Shown piece by piece: positions 1 through 15,016 of a DNA stretch of 64,000 bases. Source of the stretch: Eledone cirrhosa (Eukaryota); NCBI GenBank assembly GCA_964016885.1, contig OZ024746.1, positions 89,776,001-89,840,000 of the forward strand, given 5' to 3'. Each line of letters begins with the position of its first letter. Within the stretch, counting starts at the first letter, position 1. The notes under the pieces were generated by a model. It had not been told where the DNA came from. It did not search any database and was given only the letters and a program-made list of their open reading frames with translations. The position numbers and the translations under genes were made by a program.

Positions 1-776
1 AGCTGTTTATCAAGTTACGAGTTTTCGCTCTCGTTTTTCAGAATGAACATAATCTAATATATTTTTATTAAACATAAAAACGTCTCCTTATCAATTTCTT
101 TTCCTACAAGGAATATATTCAGTTAACTAGGTCTGTACCAAATTAGATTAGTATCGGAGAAGGGATATTTTAGTGGTGCATCATAATTGTGCTAAACTAG
201 TTCGTTCTTTCAAACATTATCTTTATTTATATTTCTAGACGTTACGTTATCTAATCCGCTCGTTTATTTTATCTATAAAATATAAAGTGCCCATTTATAA
301 TGCGAAAGCCTTAAAAATTATAATTAATTTTCGTTATTATTCTTGGCTAATGGGATTTAGTTGGCGACTGTATTGACCTAGTATAGTATAAAACCTTTAC
401 AATTACTGTACCACTGTAATGTTAATGAGTTCAGTTCAAACCGGCATGGGGGACGGTATATCGGATAACGAAAGAAAAAATTGTATGAGTATTTAAAAAC
501 AAAATGAAGTACTTTAGATGCTTAGAAATAAATGATAGCTTGGAACGTATTAAAATATAATAAATGGACATAAATCTAACCTACATAGGATTTATTTGTA
601 GTTAAACCTTAAAATTAAAAGCCCTAAGTTAAACAACAAAAACACACCCAAGATTCTAAAAGTGAGTAGTATCTAACGACTTGAGACGCTCCTATCACAC
701 TATCTACGATATAATCTTACAGTCTGATTAGAGAAAATAATATCTAAATAATATAATAATATCTAAAATTAATAAT

Positions 777-875
777 AATTGTTTCTACTTTTGGCACAAG
801 GCCAGCAATTATATCAGTGTATTACAGGTACTTTATTTCATCGACCCTGTAAGGATGAAAGGCAAAGTTAACCTC
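777..875 (-). mobile_element. 5'-truncated tRNA-derived SINE (octopus OK-like family)
   Basis: Reverse complement of the 3' half of the full copy at 31176; flanked by direct repeat tctaaaattaataata (762-777 / 874-889), a probable TSD. Confidence 0.85.
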
Positions 876-1324
876 TAAAATTAATAATATTATCTAAAAT
901 TCATAATATTCCTGACAGGTAAACAACACAACAGTACGCTTAAGATATATCTCTCGACGGAATTATAAACACACATGTTCTATGATTTAGAAACTAGAGT
1001 ACTATAATCATTCAGGAATACGTTTAAATATAATCAAATAAAGCATCTTTACACAAACCAATAGTCCATCTTTTATAAACGCATATGAAATCATTGAAGA
1101 CTAATTCCTGATATTCGTAACGAAGACATTTTGCTACAAATATGGAATCCAGCCGATATCCGTATTCACCAAACTGCATTTTGCATAACATATATCATCG
1201 ACACGGTCGTGAGATTATCTCTATTAACATAAATCTTGAAATAGTTTTACTGCATAATATGCATACTCCTCACAGAAAAGCACACCCGTTCGTATACATA
1301 CACACACACCACATACACATACAT

Positions 1325-1364
<40 letters not shown>

Positions 1365-1474
1365 GAATATGTGTAATAAAGCCAAAACAATGCAGATATG
1401 GACATAGAAAACAGAATGCAATTGTAAAAGATGTTGTTGATAATTCGTCCTTTACCTTGAATTTATTAAAATGT

Positions 1475-1509
1475 CCTTAATTTTCGAGATAATATCTCTT
1501 CTTCGGAGG
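1475..1509 (-). ncRNA. minimal type-I hammerhead ribozyme, U4C core variant
   Basis: Minus strand cct-CCGAAGA-a-gagat/att/atctc-GAAA-at-TA-agg; helices I and II pair. Confidence 0.6.
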
Positions 1510-1801
1510 GAAATAAAGGTCTCAAACCAGCACTTTAAATATCTAGTCAAGCCATGCTGACAGGAAAGAGTATAGAGTATCTGTTCTATCTCTAATATCA
1601 AAGAATTAAAATTAGGTGGATAAAGAGTAGTCTCCCTTTAAAAGGGGTTTCTTTAGGGTTTTTTTTTTTTTGTTGTTATATATATATATATAAAATGTTC
1701 TGGCTTATTAATTTATTAACCCGCCATAGAACAACATTGGCATTCGGTTGGATAATACTTGTTTCCCTATATGTAATTTTTACACGTAGGAATTCATACT
1801 T

Positions 1802-1901
<100 letters not shown>

Positions 1902-2054
1902 ATATTTCCTCTGATAATTTGTAATATTTTTACATAGATCTATATGATATACATACCAACACACACATACATCCCAGAAAGTTTCGTAAGATGATGAATT
2001 TTTTAATATAGGTAACTTTTTCTTTGTTTTTATTTCATTGTCTTTATTAATTTG

Positions 2055-2087
<33 letters not shown>

Positions 2088-2139
2088 ACATATATATATA
2101 TATGTGTGTGTGTGTGTCTATATATGTATATGTTTTCCA

Positions 2140-2202
2140 CAAGAACACAACACGCAGCCAGAGGAATCGAACCCACGACATTATGATCGTAGGTCCAACA
2201 CT
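2140..2202 (-). mobile_element. fragment of CORE-type SINE head
   Basis: Diverged reverse complement of about 2475-2540, including the B-box-like GGTTCGATTCC. Confidence 0.7.
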
Positions 2203-2283
2203 ATTACACATTTTTCTAAATATTTACTTCTGCGTTTACAAATTGATTTTTTTAATATCTCTCTCTCTCTGTCTCTCCCTCTC

Positions 2284-2418
<135 letters not shown>

Positions 2419-2454
2419 TTATATATATGTATACATATATGTATGTATATGTTG

Positions 2455-2735
2455 AGACACGTGGCCTAGTTGTAAGAGTGTTGGACCTACGACCATAACG
2501 TCGTGGGTTAGATTCCTGGTGTGCCTGTTGTATTCTTGAGCAAAACACTTCATTTCACGTTGCTCCAGTATACTCGGCTGAAAATGAGTACCAGCAATAG
2601 CTGGAGGTTTAACCCTGCGATGGACTGGCATCCTGTCCAGGAGGGAGTCTTGTACTCTCAGTCACTTCACGCCATGTAACCGGGAGAAGCACCGGCCAGA
2701 TGAGCCTTCTGGGTTAAGAAAGACTTTAAACTTCA
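2455..2735 (+). mobile_element. tRNA-derived CORE-type SINE
   Basis: A-box TGGCCTAGTTG, B-box GGTTAGATTCC, CORE-like CTTGAGCAAAACACTTCATTTCACGTTGCTCCAG; related copies at 14597 and 52385. Confidence 0.8.
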
Positions 2736-2776
2736 GCTATATATATTATATATGGATATATATATATATGTATAGA

Positions 2777-2876
<100 letters not shown>

Positions 2877-2897
2877 CATATATATGCATACATATAT

Positions 2898-2998
<101 letters not shown>

Positions 2999-3032
2999 CA
3001 TATATATATGCATATATATATATATATATATA

Positions 3033-3527
3033 AATGAAGTAATTCCGTCGGAAAAGTCCAGGAAAAAAGAGTGCTCTATGTAGGTAACATAGATTAATAG
3101 TTATGTAATAAACAACATAAGGCAATTATTCCATTTACAAGTGGTTTCTTAAAAGCAAAAAAATTTGATTTCAATCCTCAGAATGAAAAAATCCTGGTCT
3201 GTTTATTGAATTTGGATTTCAAAAACAAAAGTGCAATCTATATGAAAGTGAGGCTGGAGAAAGAAAAGGAAAGGAAATATAAAATAAAACCACACATGCA
3301 AACACACACACACAAACACACGTACACACACATAAAAGCATACATACACACACATATATATATATATATATATACATACACTCATACATACACACACACA
3401 TATACACATATATATGTGTATATAAATACACATATACACATACATATACACATACATATATACGCACATAAATATCAACACATCCATACATACACATATA
3501 CAACCACACACACATATATATATATAG

Positions 3528-3560
<33 letters not shown>

Positions 3561-4148
3561 TATATACATATACATGCATACACATACACATACATAGCCA
3601 TACACACATACATATACATACATACATACATACATGCACACAATCATACCTATATACACACGTACATACATACGCATACATAAATGCGTACAGATGCATG
3701 TACAAAATTAGAAAAATATACACAGCTCTACATATTCACACACGCAAATAAATAAAAGAAAAAATATATATAAAAAATAAACTCTATTATATAGCTGACA
3801 GCGATACAGCGACGAGTAGATGAATAGACACGCGTGGTAAGCAATACACACAAATGCACGTACACATACGTACGAAAAGGTAAATACATACACACACGCT
3901 CACACATAAATATACATATACAAATACATAAACACATACATACACATACACAAATACATACACAAACACACACACGCACACACATACATAGATACACACA
4001 CATATACATATATATATAAATACACACACACATACACACATATATATATATATATATACACATACACACACACATACATACATAGCTATACAATTATACA
4101 AATACGAATACGTACATATCACAAACATGCACAACCAAATACAAACAC

Positions 4149-4179
<31 letters not shown>

Positions 4180-4860
4180 CACATATATATATGTGTGTGT
4201 GTAAAACTCCTGGCTGGCTGGTTGTTGATTACCGGTGTTATTTTAGCCTCATAAACAACATATTTGGTGTTACATTTACCGTGCAATTGGCATTCATCCG
4301 GCTTCCTGCAACTGCATCCTGGATTTGTTCTCGTATGATTTGAACTAGTGATCTTTGACTTCATAGATGGGCAACAAGAGTAACTGATCTTAACTACGTT
4401 CCTATTAAATATCTTATAATATCTATGGTTAGGAGGAAAATGTTTGTCTAAGGGTTCAAGGAATTTCCTTCCTACATTAGTTTTGACAGTTAGAGAGAAG
4501 GGGGGGGTGGGGGTGAACCAAATAATTTTCCTTTTTCCTGTTATTGTGGTTAGTTTTAGGGAGGGGAGTAGGTAAATAAAAAACATTTTCTGTAAAACCG
4601 CTGTTCTTAAGGGCTTTATTAAACATGTCTATAGGCGAAGATAAGGTATAAATCCTACGGCTAATGTTAGGAATAAGATTGTTAAAAACTTTAGGGGGAT
4701 GGCAAGACTCTTTGTGTATCTACCTAAGATTTTCATTAGGTTTATGATAGGGTTTAAAGAGGCGGTAAGTAGATCAAGATTAATATCAAGAAAGTTAGCA
4801 TTGGTAAGGTTCGTATCTATAGTGATTTTAAGGTTAAGATTAGCAAAAGTATTGATTATC
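3033..4860 (-). mobile_element. Naiad-like Penelope element, 3' part (linker/GIY-YIG start, microsatellite-rich UTR, HHR tail)
   Basis: ORF 4119-4586 RKIIWFTPTPPFS..VKTNVGRKFL..DKHFP..IFNRNVVKISYSC..CSCRKPDECQLHGKC..VVYEA; HHR at 3132-3185; ends at (TA)n. Confidence 0.8.
3132..3185 (-). ncRNA. type-I hammerhead ribozyme
   Basis: Minus strand catt-CTGAGGA-ttgaaa...ttttaa-GAAA-ccacttg-TA-aatg. Confidence 0.7.
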
Positions 4861-4899
4861 TGGATCGGATTTTAGCATGATAATTCAGGGCCAATACCA

Positions 4900-6250
4900 T
4901 CTTTTCAAATGCGAAGCTCAAACAGTACACGCAAAAAAATGGACGTGCGCTCAGCCTTTTCAGATTTGCATTCCCTAATGGGTTTGTGTCTGCAAAATAC
5001 ATGCTCATGTGTGAGGACACTAGATTATCTACCCTGTTTCCTGCACATTTCCGATCTATTATTTATCTCTGGTTTAATTCGGCTGATGAAAACCGCTTGC
5101 ATACCCATTAAATTTCCGATATTCCTTTCAGTCACCTCGATTGTAACCCCGGTTTCATAGTTGCAGCATCTGTGAAAATGGTTTTCACGGAAGAAGCTTT
5201 CGTCGTCACGTGTTCTTTGATCCGCATGTGCAGCACCCGGATGGTACTTCCGATCTATGAGGCAAATCAATTTCTGGCGCTCTACAAACACTGCCATTTT
5301 TTTAAAGCTTCAGATGCCCTCATTCACACTCCTCCGTTATTGATGGGACAATTAGGAAGTCTACATATATCACTGTGTGTGGGTTGGTGTCTGTGGAGGC
5401 GTCTCCTCAATAAGTGTCCAAATTGTGCCAGTCGTATATTCAGTCCCTCCCTACATAATTCTTGTCTGATCGCAGCTGTCGTTTTCTCATCGAAATGTGG
5501 CAGATTCAGGTATCGTATGTTATCTGTAGGGGCCCGTGTCCTCCTCGTTCTTTTAGCGTTGCTTCATTCGTATTTCGGTGATTAGTGAGAATAGTAGAGT
5601 ATCTGCTTTCGGTGAGAATTCTTTGGAATCCCCCCGTTCCGGTATGTATGTCGTTACCGTTGGTGCCTCTGTTGCCAATCAGGGAGATATCATTCCGTAT
5701 ATAGGTAATTTTGCAGGGAAAGACTGAGCCTTTGTGAAGAAAAATGACTCTGTGGGCATCCTTCCTGTAAAATTTGGTAAATATGGATCCCTCTTCTCAA
5801 ACGTTTAGTGTAAGGTCAACTAGAGAGAGGGAACCAATTGTGTATGGATGTTCAACCTAACATTCTATGTATGTCAATGTTTTCAAAGGTGAGGTACATC
5901 TTGTCGGCTACGTAATGTGAAGTAGTGGGCATAAGGATGTCATCCATTTATCTGGAGAAGAGGTAAAAAGAGCGACAGGTGCTGAGTTCTGTGCCCGTAA
6001 ACTGGTCAATGAATGCGATGGCCAGCATGACTGAAAATCTCGATCCTCTCGGAAGTCTTGGGATTTGTTTTATTACGGTACCCTCGAGATGCTAGAAGCA
6101 CATGGCGACAGAGAGGATTTCACGATGTCAACAGCAATGAGACCAAATCACCTGATGTCGGTATAGTCGATGATGCTGTCCGTAATTATGCTTATGGCGG
6201 GGGCGGCGGGGAGAGAGCTGCAGAGGGAAAATAACGACTATATTAATTGT
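4900..6250 (-). mobile_element. degenerate Penelope element, RT + GIY-YIG pseudogene
   Basis: Minus-strand translation gives GLPRGSRFSVMLAIAFIDQF, LFSR*MDDILM (RT YxDD), AS*IGSTIRVLHMRIKEH (YIG motif) and FISRIKPEINNRSE; stops and frameshifts. Confidence 0.8.
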
Positions 6251-7055
6251 CTGTTGACTATTTCAGGTGAGATGTTTACGTGTCAGGGAATATGTGAAGG
6301 AGATTTATCAAACATCTGGTGAGAAGCCAGAACAATTTATTGAAAAGACCGCTTAAGCCAGAAACGATGTGTCTAATTTTTATTTTGGTCCAGTTTTATG
6401 GATTTTGATAAGATGGTAGAAGGTGTGGAAATCACTGATTTTTGTGACGAAAATGGATTATATTCTACTAGCGAGGTTTCAGTGGTTTTTGACATCCTTG
6501 GCATGGGGAAAGGAAGCAGATGTATACATGTCTTGTTTTGCATCGGGCAACCAAAAAACTTTAATGAATATTCATGCCCATCTGTAAGAAATATAGAATA
6601 ACAGAGCATTACCTGCAACAAATTGATGTTGAGAATGAAATTTCATAGCTTCAAATTCTGAAACGTTGACAAATTTGTAATTGGAATTTCCCAGGAACAC
6701 TTACAATTATTCTAACAAATATTAAAATGAAATTCTGAAAGCTCATGTATATAATTATGGACTTTAAATTACAAATAACAATTATATAAACAAATAATAT
6801 GAAATTCGGTCCGAGTGATTTTGTTTTGTTTCTAAATCTTTCCATTCCATTAACATTTAGTTATATTCTAGAAACTTCGAAAACGAAACATTTTGAGGAC
6901 AGATAAGAGACTCTCAAATTAAGGAAGCATACCATATATTATATTTTTTAGTGATATATGATATTTGATGTTGAATATGCTTCGCGCTCCCTCTCTCTCT
7001 CACGCTCTCACTCTATCTATCTCTCTCTCTATCTATCTATCTCTGTATATGTATG

Positions 7056-7113
<58 letters not shown>

Positions 7114-7131
7114 CACATATATATACACACG

Positions 7132-7195
<64 letters not shown>

Positions 7196-7244
7196 TGTAC
7201 ATATATATTTATATATACATATATATATATATATAACAATATAC

Positions 7245-7289
<45 letters not shown>

Positions 7290-7335
7290 TTTATATAGAT
7301 ATATATAGATATATATATATACATATAATATATAC

Positions 7336-7451
<116 letters not shown>

Positions 7452-7502
7452 ATATTTATATATATATATATGGATGGATGTATCTATACTATCTATGTGT
7501 CT

Positions 7503-7742
7503 TATGTTCCGAACGTGAAGTAGTATCGCATTATCTTTCACAATTTTGCTCTTCTTGAATATAAGAATACACATACTTGACGAATGTACATGGCAAGTGA
7601 ATATTGTATTATATATATGACTATATTAATTGTTTCTACTTTTGGCACAAGGCCAGCAATTACGCAATGCATTACTGGTACTTTATTCTATCGACCCCGG
7701 AAGGATGAAAGGCAAAGTTAACTTCGGCGGGATTATATATAT

Positions 7743-7776
<34 letters not shown>

Positions 7777-8169
7777 GTCATATATATATAATATATATGA
7801 CTATATTAATAACATTTAATAATATACTCAACAAATACATTCGTGTTACTTCACATATCTTGTTTCAATTGAGTATTAAACATTTGTATGAATGAATTAA
7901 ATATCATTATATTTAACAGCTTAAATAGTTTGTCATTTTACTGATATGATTATTTTATACAAGATTGCATTGTACTCTTAAATAGACAGATAGAGAAATA
8001 GATTAACAGATAAAACTGGAGATGTTTTCATTCATATTACTGGAGTTATATATATAATACAATATATTATTCACATGTGTCATGTACATTCGTCAAGTAT
8101 GTGGTCTTCTTATATTCAAGAAGATTAAAACAATGAAAATTAATGCGATACTACTTCATATGCGGAACA
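7503..8169. repeat. diverged inverted repeat pair (7503-7620 / 8045-8169)
   Basis: gaagtagtatcgcatt..catacttgacgaatgtacatg versus its reverse complement catgtacattcgtcaagtatg..aatgcgatactacttc. Confidence 0.8.
7628..7733 (-). mobile_element. 5'-truncated OK-like SINE
   Basis: Family 3' half; atatatatgactatattaat repeated at 7611-7630 and 7791-7810 (probable TSD). Confidence 0.85.
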
Positions 8170-8276
8170 ACGACACATACACACACACACACACACACAT
8201 ACACACACGCACATACGCAACATACACACACACGCACAGATACACACACACACACACAAATACACACACACACATA

Positions 8277-8656
<380 letters not shown>

Positions 8657-8669
8657 AATATATATATAC

Positions 8670-9498
8670 ATACAATATGTTGAAAAGGTAACACACTAGA
8701 GGGAGATAGTGTGCCATCAATAAAACAGGTATGGAATCTATAACCTATGAAACGCAGGGTAGACACGCAATAATTAAAAATATAAATTCAAATGTGTATA
8801 CGTACCTCTATAATTATATAACACACACGTACAAATTCAAAGAGATCTGTTTCGCCAAGAAGTTGTTGACTGAAATGGAATAGCCCATGTTTCATCAGCG
8901 TGTGCAAGGCCATACATTTCAGACAACACTAAGAGAATTTTATGCGACCTTCCAGCTACACGTGGGAGAGAGATGTCACAGCGTGTTTAGGGCAGTGAAT
9001 TAGTGGTGTCTGAGGGACGAGCTGCTAGAAACGGCACCCAGAGAAGTGTGATCAACCAAACAGAGTGAGAGGAAAGACTGTTATAAGGAGCGAAATATCA
9101 CGATAAATTAGCGGAGCCATAGATTCTCGCTATTCCCTGTCAATAATGTGCTCAAAGGAAAAGGAATCCTGAGCTCTTTAAAATACAATATGTTGAAAAG
9201 GTTACACGCTAGAGAGAGATAGTGCACCATCAATAAAAAAAGGGAAAAAACCACCATTTCTCTCCCACTTGTAGCTTTAAATTCTCTTAGAGTTGTCTGA
9301 AATGTGTCTGAAATGTGCCTTGCACACACTGATGAACCATGGGCTATTCCCTTTCAGTCAAAAACTTCTTGGCGAAACAGATCTCTTTGGATTTGTACGT
9401 GTGTATCATATAGTTATAGAGGTACGTATACACATTTTTATTTATATTTTTAATTAGTGTGTTTCTACCCTGCCTTTCATAGGTTATAGATTCCATAC
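8670..9498. repeat. inverted pLTR-like pair (8729-8940 / 9280-9498) plus ~55-bp direct repeat (8670 / 9183), with degenerate HHR
   Basis: Arms are reverse complements; CTGATGA...ttggc-GAAA-cagatc at about 9329-9385 (+) and mirrored at about 8843-8898 (-). Confidence 0.7.
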
Positions 9499-10113
9499 AA
9501 TGGTGGTTTTTCCCTGTTGTATTGATGCGTTAACATTTGCGTTAACATTTCAAAAGCTTCTTTTGTTTGACATCGTCTCAAATGGTTGCAAAGTATGGAG
9601 TATTTTGCAAGCAAGCAATTATCAAGGTTTATTTGTCTCCATATAGTTTCAAAACATCTGCTATTTTCATTTACAGAGCTCACACAATATATTCAAATAT
9701 AATTGCGTCTATACGCCCATGTCTCTAAAATAAAGAATTTCACTTGAATAAATGTATTAGTCAATGGCCTCTTTCATGCTACAATATATTTCATTTTTCT
9801 CTAAAATACCAAAACGTCACAATTCGGGCGACGTTTATTTATGTGTAAACTTAATAGTAAAATAATGATGCAGACATACATCAAATAAGATCCATGCAGA
9901 CATAATACGGCCTACTTAAATATCAAGTAAGTAATCTAAAAAAGAAATATCTTTAAACGTTTTTTTTTATATGATATATATATATATATATATACACTCT
10001 TAGGTTTGTTGGTTCAACACTGGATAGAACTAGAAACTGCTATATGTGTGGCCGCCTTCTTGTCTCGCTGCCTTTTCAGTCCCATGGATTATATTCCTTT
10101 GTTAAATTTCAAA

Positions 10114-10169
10114 AACCGGATGATTTCACCGGATTCATACTGAACCCGGTCATTGAAATGTTCATAGTA
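10114..10169 (+). ncRNA. hammerhead-like motif, CGGAUGA core
   Basis: ac-CGGATGA-tttc-accggattca/tac/tgaacccggt-catt-GAAA-tgttca-TA-gt. Confidence 0.5.
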
Positions 10170-10216
10170 TAATAAATCTTTAAGGAATTAAACCAGTCCA
10201 GCCTCCTGTTATTTTA

Positions 10217-10284
<68 letters not shown>

Positions 10285-10399
10285 TATAGAAGGATTTAAA
10301 TGGATACAGTTCAGTAAAAGGAATTTATTGACACGTGTTTCAATAACAGTTATTTAACCTGAAAACAGCTGCTATCTATATATATATATAATCATAATA

Positions 10400-12700
10400 A
10401 TCATAATAAAGTGAATATAAAAACAAGAACTGGATGAATAAATCGAAGAAAAAATTAAGAACTAGATCTATAATTTGGTATGCACCGCCACCATCTTTAG
10501 CTATTAAGGCACCTGCAATACACTTATTTTTTAAAGCTTTGGATAAATGTTTCCCTAGATCTCATAAATATGACCCTATCTTCAATAGACACACAGTTAA
10601 ACTCTCTTACTCAACTACTATGAATATTGCTCAAAATATAGCAAAAATAAATAATAAGAATCTAAAATCGAACCAACCTCTAATAAGCAATAATAATAAT
10701 AAAAATAATAATGTATTAGTTAATTGGAATAACAATAATAACAGTTTAAATACGAATAATAGTAGAACGCCTTTAAATAGCAATGAGAATAGTATAATGT
10801 CTGTAAATAACATTCAGAATAAATGTAATTGTAGAAATAGGTCTGAATACCCTTTACAAAATAATTGCCTTGATACAAATCTAGTATATGAATGTACCAT
10901 TAAGGCAAATGATAATATATATAACTACATAGATGCCACTTCATCTAAATTTAAGGAACGTTGGTATAATCACAGACATACTTTTAATATACCGGATAAA
11001 AAATGTTCAACTTCACTTTCACAATTAGTGTACTATTTAAATGACAAAAACATTAAATACTCCATCTCTTGAATGAAATTACGGGTTGCTACACCCTTCC
11101 GGAGCTCAGTAATCTCAGAATTTTGCCATATTTGCAATGAAGATATTCGTCACATAATCACAAACTATGACAATTCAATCAACAAAAAAAAAAAAGAATT
11201 ATTTAGTAGTTGTTATCATAAAATTGGTAAATCTTTCCTGGCAATGTACCAGTTTAAAAAGAAATAAGGACAAATAACAACTTAAGTATATTTTGCCTAA
11301 TTGAAGTAATAATTTATAGATATATATATGTAATAGAATAACCTCATTGAGCGTTTTTTATCCTATGATTTTATTAGGATAGTTCAATACTTAATTAGAC
11401 ATCAATTAGGATATATACAATAGATAGTTTAAGGTTCTTAAAATATCGCTTGACGTGAGAGAAGAGATTCCCTATAAGTTGAAAAATGCTTTTACATTGT
11501 AAATGAGTTATCTTCCTTTTGTTTACATAGTCTGTACATTGTTTTGTTTAGCTTGAAAAAAGATACATAGAATATAATATATGGATTAATAAATAATGAT
11601 TAATAGTTTAATAATACATAGACTATCATTAAAAGGAAACTATATATATCAGAATAAGTAAATATAACCATAAGTAAATATAACAATTCATTAAATGGAA
11701 TAACATTTATACAGTTGGATTCTAAGAAATAAATGGAAATTAAGAAATAACGAAGTTTCACAAAAAGTGACTTTTTATATTTTTAATTAATTTAGATAAT
11801 AAATGAACAAAATACATATATTGATAGAGATATATGCATGTTATTATATTTTAATACATATTTAATAATTATTTAATTAGGCTTTAAAGATGAATTCTTT
11901 TAAAGTTGTAGTATAATATTAATGGAATATCTTACCTTATAATAAATAAACTTATAATAATCTAGAATGAGCTAAATTAAATTAAATTAATCTAAACATA
12001 TAAATTTGTAATTAACTTAAACATTTGATTACTATAGAGAGTAATCTATGCCTAATAATCTGGATATAATATAAACTTATAATTAACTAAAGCGTAATCC
12101 CATACAAGCGATATTCACTGATAAATATGAACATATTTTAATTTCTAATTTTAGCATTTGAATACAAGGGTCTTATTCTCCCCTCTATTTTATCTTTTCC
12201 TTTTCCCCTTCTTGGTTTTTCTTTATTTCCCTTCTTTTTTTTCCTTTTTTTATATTTTTCATTTATTCTTTTTTTCTTCCCGCATCTTCCTTTCTTATGT
12301 TTTTATTCCTCTTTTTTTCTCTTACAACTTTTTTCTTCTTTTATTCATTTATTTATTCATTTATTTATTTGTTTATTTCTTTTCGTTTTCTTTGCATCTT
12401 TCATGTCAACTCTCCTTCTACCTGGCTTTACGTCCTCTTCTTCTCTAAGTTTATCATATTATTTGTGGTATAAAAACGTTGAGGCTTGCTGAAATAAATC
12501 ACTGTCACTGAATTGAATAATCAAAACCGTAGCGGGCAAATCTTGTATTTTATCTGATGAAAATGTACTTACACACTATTGTATCTTTGAAATATGTATA
12601 ATAAAATATATATTTTGATTATGAGAATATTTTTCATGTATTAATATTTTGAATATTAATATTCATATTTTGAATATTAATATTTCATTTCTTAATATTT
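10400..12700 (+). mobile_element. 5'-truncated Naiad-like Penelope element
   Basis: ORFs 10434-11072 and 11073-11267: RSIIWYAPP..DKCFP..IFNRHTVKLSYS..KCNCR..NLVYEC..YID..FKERWYNH..CHIC..ELFSSCYH; ~1.3-kb AT-rich UTR ending in an HHR, then (TA)n. Confidence 0.88.
12546..12608 (+). ncRNA. type-I hammerhead ribozyme
   Basis: tattttat-CTGATGA-helix II-GAAA-tatgta-TA-ataaaata (8-bp helix I). Confidence 0.8.
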
Positions 12701-12721
12701 TGAATAATATATATATATATG

Positions 12722-14090
12722 TATATGAAATATAAGAATCAAAGAACTATTCAAAACATTTTTATGCTTACAACTGTTTCCTCCAAACCGAGGTGTGGAT
12801 TCTTCGGAGCAATTTATTATATATGGATGATTTGATGGTCAGAGTGGGGTCATGGGGACTGCGGATTGACCTCTGTTCGGCCCTGGTGATGATTATCTTT
12901 CGACATCCAATGTTACAAGCGATGACCCAGGACTAACCAGATATCATTGTGCCTTGAAGTGATTCTGCAATCACCGCGCCTGGTCCTTTGAGTAGACTAC
13001 AACCACAGAGATCATTAATTTAGAATTCTCGATCGTCGTCTATAATATTCATTTGTGGCACTCTACGATGGGGGTTAATTCACCATAATAATACGAACAC
13101 CTTCAGCACAACTTAATAGACTACTCTATAGTTAAAACACTTTAAACTGTAGACATCTTTTAGAATTTGCGCATAACCATAGAAGTCAGGGTCTATCTTG
13201 AGACACATTTCAATAGTTAAACCTCGGAGTTACCTCCCCTCATGCATTAACTCCCCTTAGCCACACACACACTTCCGGGTAGTATTTCAATGTCGATTCT
13301 CGAAACGTAACATCCTCCTGTATTGAACTAAAGAACATCAGACTACGATTCTCTAACTGGATTGTCAAACGCTCAATATCGAATTGTCATGGATTATGTG
13401 AGGGGCATATAATCTGAAAAATACACTCCCCAGACTATGAAAATGACGAAGTACATGAAGTCCATATCATCCCTTCGCTGTGCATTTCCAATATTTTTAA
13501 TATTTTTAATATTTTAATGCTTGCACTATTTTTAATATTTATATTATTTCTCCACACACAGACTATAACAATCATATAAAGAATTTGCCACCAGATCAAC
13601 CAACCTAACACTCTTGTTTAACTACTTAAGGGCTTCTACTACACGTAACTCTCTGCCACACTATATAAACAAGACGCACGTGCTTGCCACACATATAACA
13701 TTTGCACTATATAACCACTTATTTTCATGTTGTATTTTAACCTGTATTTTTTATGTATCTTTTAATATGAATGTAATCTCTATGTGGGTACTGCCACTCT
13801 AAATGCTGTAATGAATGTTGACCCACAATATTTGCATATGTATCTGTATGTCTCTTGGGTGAAAAGGAGGTCATATAAGTGTTCATTCATTAATAAATTG
13901 CTCCGAAGATTCCAAACCTCGGTTTGGAGGAAACAGTTGTAAGCATAAACATATTTTGAACAGTTCTTTGATTCTTATCTTTCATATAACTGCTCTGTAA
14001 ATCATCTGATGTTTTTACATTGAGCTACTTAACCTACTGGTAATAAGGTAGTAATATATTACTGCTTACCACTATTTAGGGTTTGTATAA
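12722..14090 (+). mobile_element. degenerate PLE with inverted terminal HHR repeats
   Basis: 12722-12820 is the reverse complement of 13891-13988; inside, minus-strand RT motif SSLVTLDVER (~12895-12930) and a weak plus-strand GIY-YIG remnant (~13270-13400). Confidence 0.6.
13899..13945 (+). ncRNA. hammerhead ribozyme, U4C variant (mirror copy 12765-12811, minus)
   Basis: tgct-CCGAAGA-ttccaaacc/tc/ggtttggag-GAAA-cagttg-TA-agca. Confidence 0.75.
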
Positions 14091-14510
14091 AAATATATAT
14101 AACTGCAAAAGATTTTTGTATTTACATAACCATAAATAGTATAATTAATACTATATATGTATATATATATTTATATATATATGTATATATATTTATATAT
14201 ATATGTATATATATTTATATATATATATATGTAATCTGAATTTTTCGAATATTAATAATACCAGTCGATTCGTTTACAATTCTGCAACCCTTCATTCTTG
14301 CTCTTGTGTTAGCATGCGGACAGAACTCGCATGCCAACACAAGAGCAAGAATGAGGGGTTTATTCTACTGACATGGCTATAAAGTTGAGGGTTGTTTGCA
14401 GAATTGCAAACGAATCGAATCTTTTTATTAATATTCGAAAAACTCATATTACACTTATTGTATTCAGCCATATAGAGCGAAAGTTTTGTTTTATATATAT
14501 ATATATATGG

Positions 14511-14595
<85 letters not shown>

Positions 14596-14596
14596 C

Positions 14597-14800
14597 AGGC
14601 GAGTGGCTGAGTGGTTAGAGAATTGGATTCGCAATCGTCGGGTTGTGACTTTGATTCCTGGACCGCACGATACATTATGTCCTTGAGCCAGACATTTTAT
14701 GTCACGTTGCTCTCCTTCAACCTGAGTTGCGACCGCTATTAGCAACTGGAAAGACCAACGGAACATTGTTTCCTCGGTCCGATTTGACGAAATCGATCGT
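14597..14800 (+). mobile_element. CORE-type SINE
   Basis: TGGCTGAGTGG A-box, degenerate B-box, GTCCTTGAGCCAGACATTTTATGTCACGTTGCTC core. Confidence 0.75.
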
Positions 14801-14834
14801 TCCTATACATACATATATATATATATAGAGAGAG

Positions 14835-15016
14835 AGATGAGATTCTACAGGACTAGAACTGTTTCATTCATTAGAAATCATCAGGATTCCTGATGATTTC
14901 TAATGAATGAAACAGTTCTAGTCCTGTAGAATCTCATCTATATTAAAACTTTTATACTCTGCTATGTATTGAGTACCTTACTTACTGTGGTTACCTCCGA
15001 TTCAACCCGGAATAAC

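Noticed and set aside
6373-6621. Short ORFs as host exons
   Set aside because: No recognisable domain or supportable splice context.
11070-11072. In-frame TGA between two Naiad ORFs as possible selenocysteine
   Set aside because: It aligns to the conserved Trp (YxIxW), so a TGG>TGA nonsense change is simpler; no convincing SECIS seen in this UTR.
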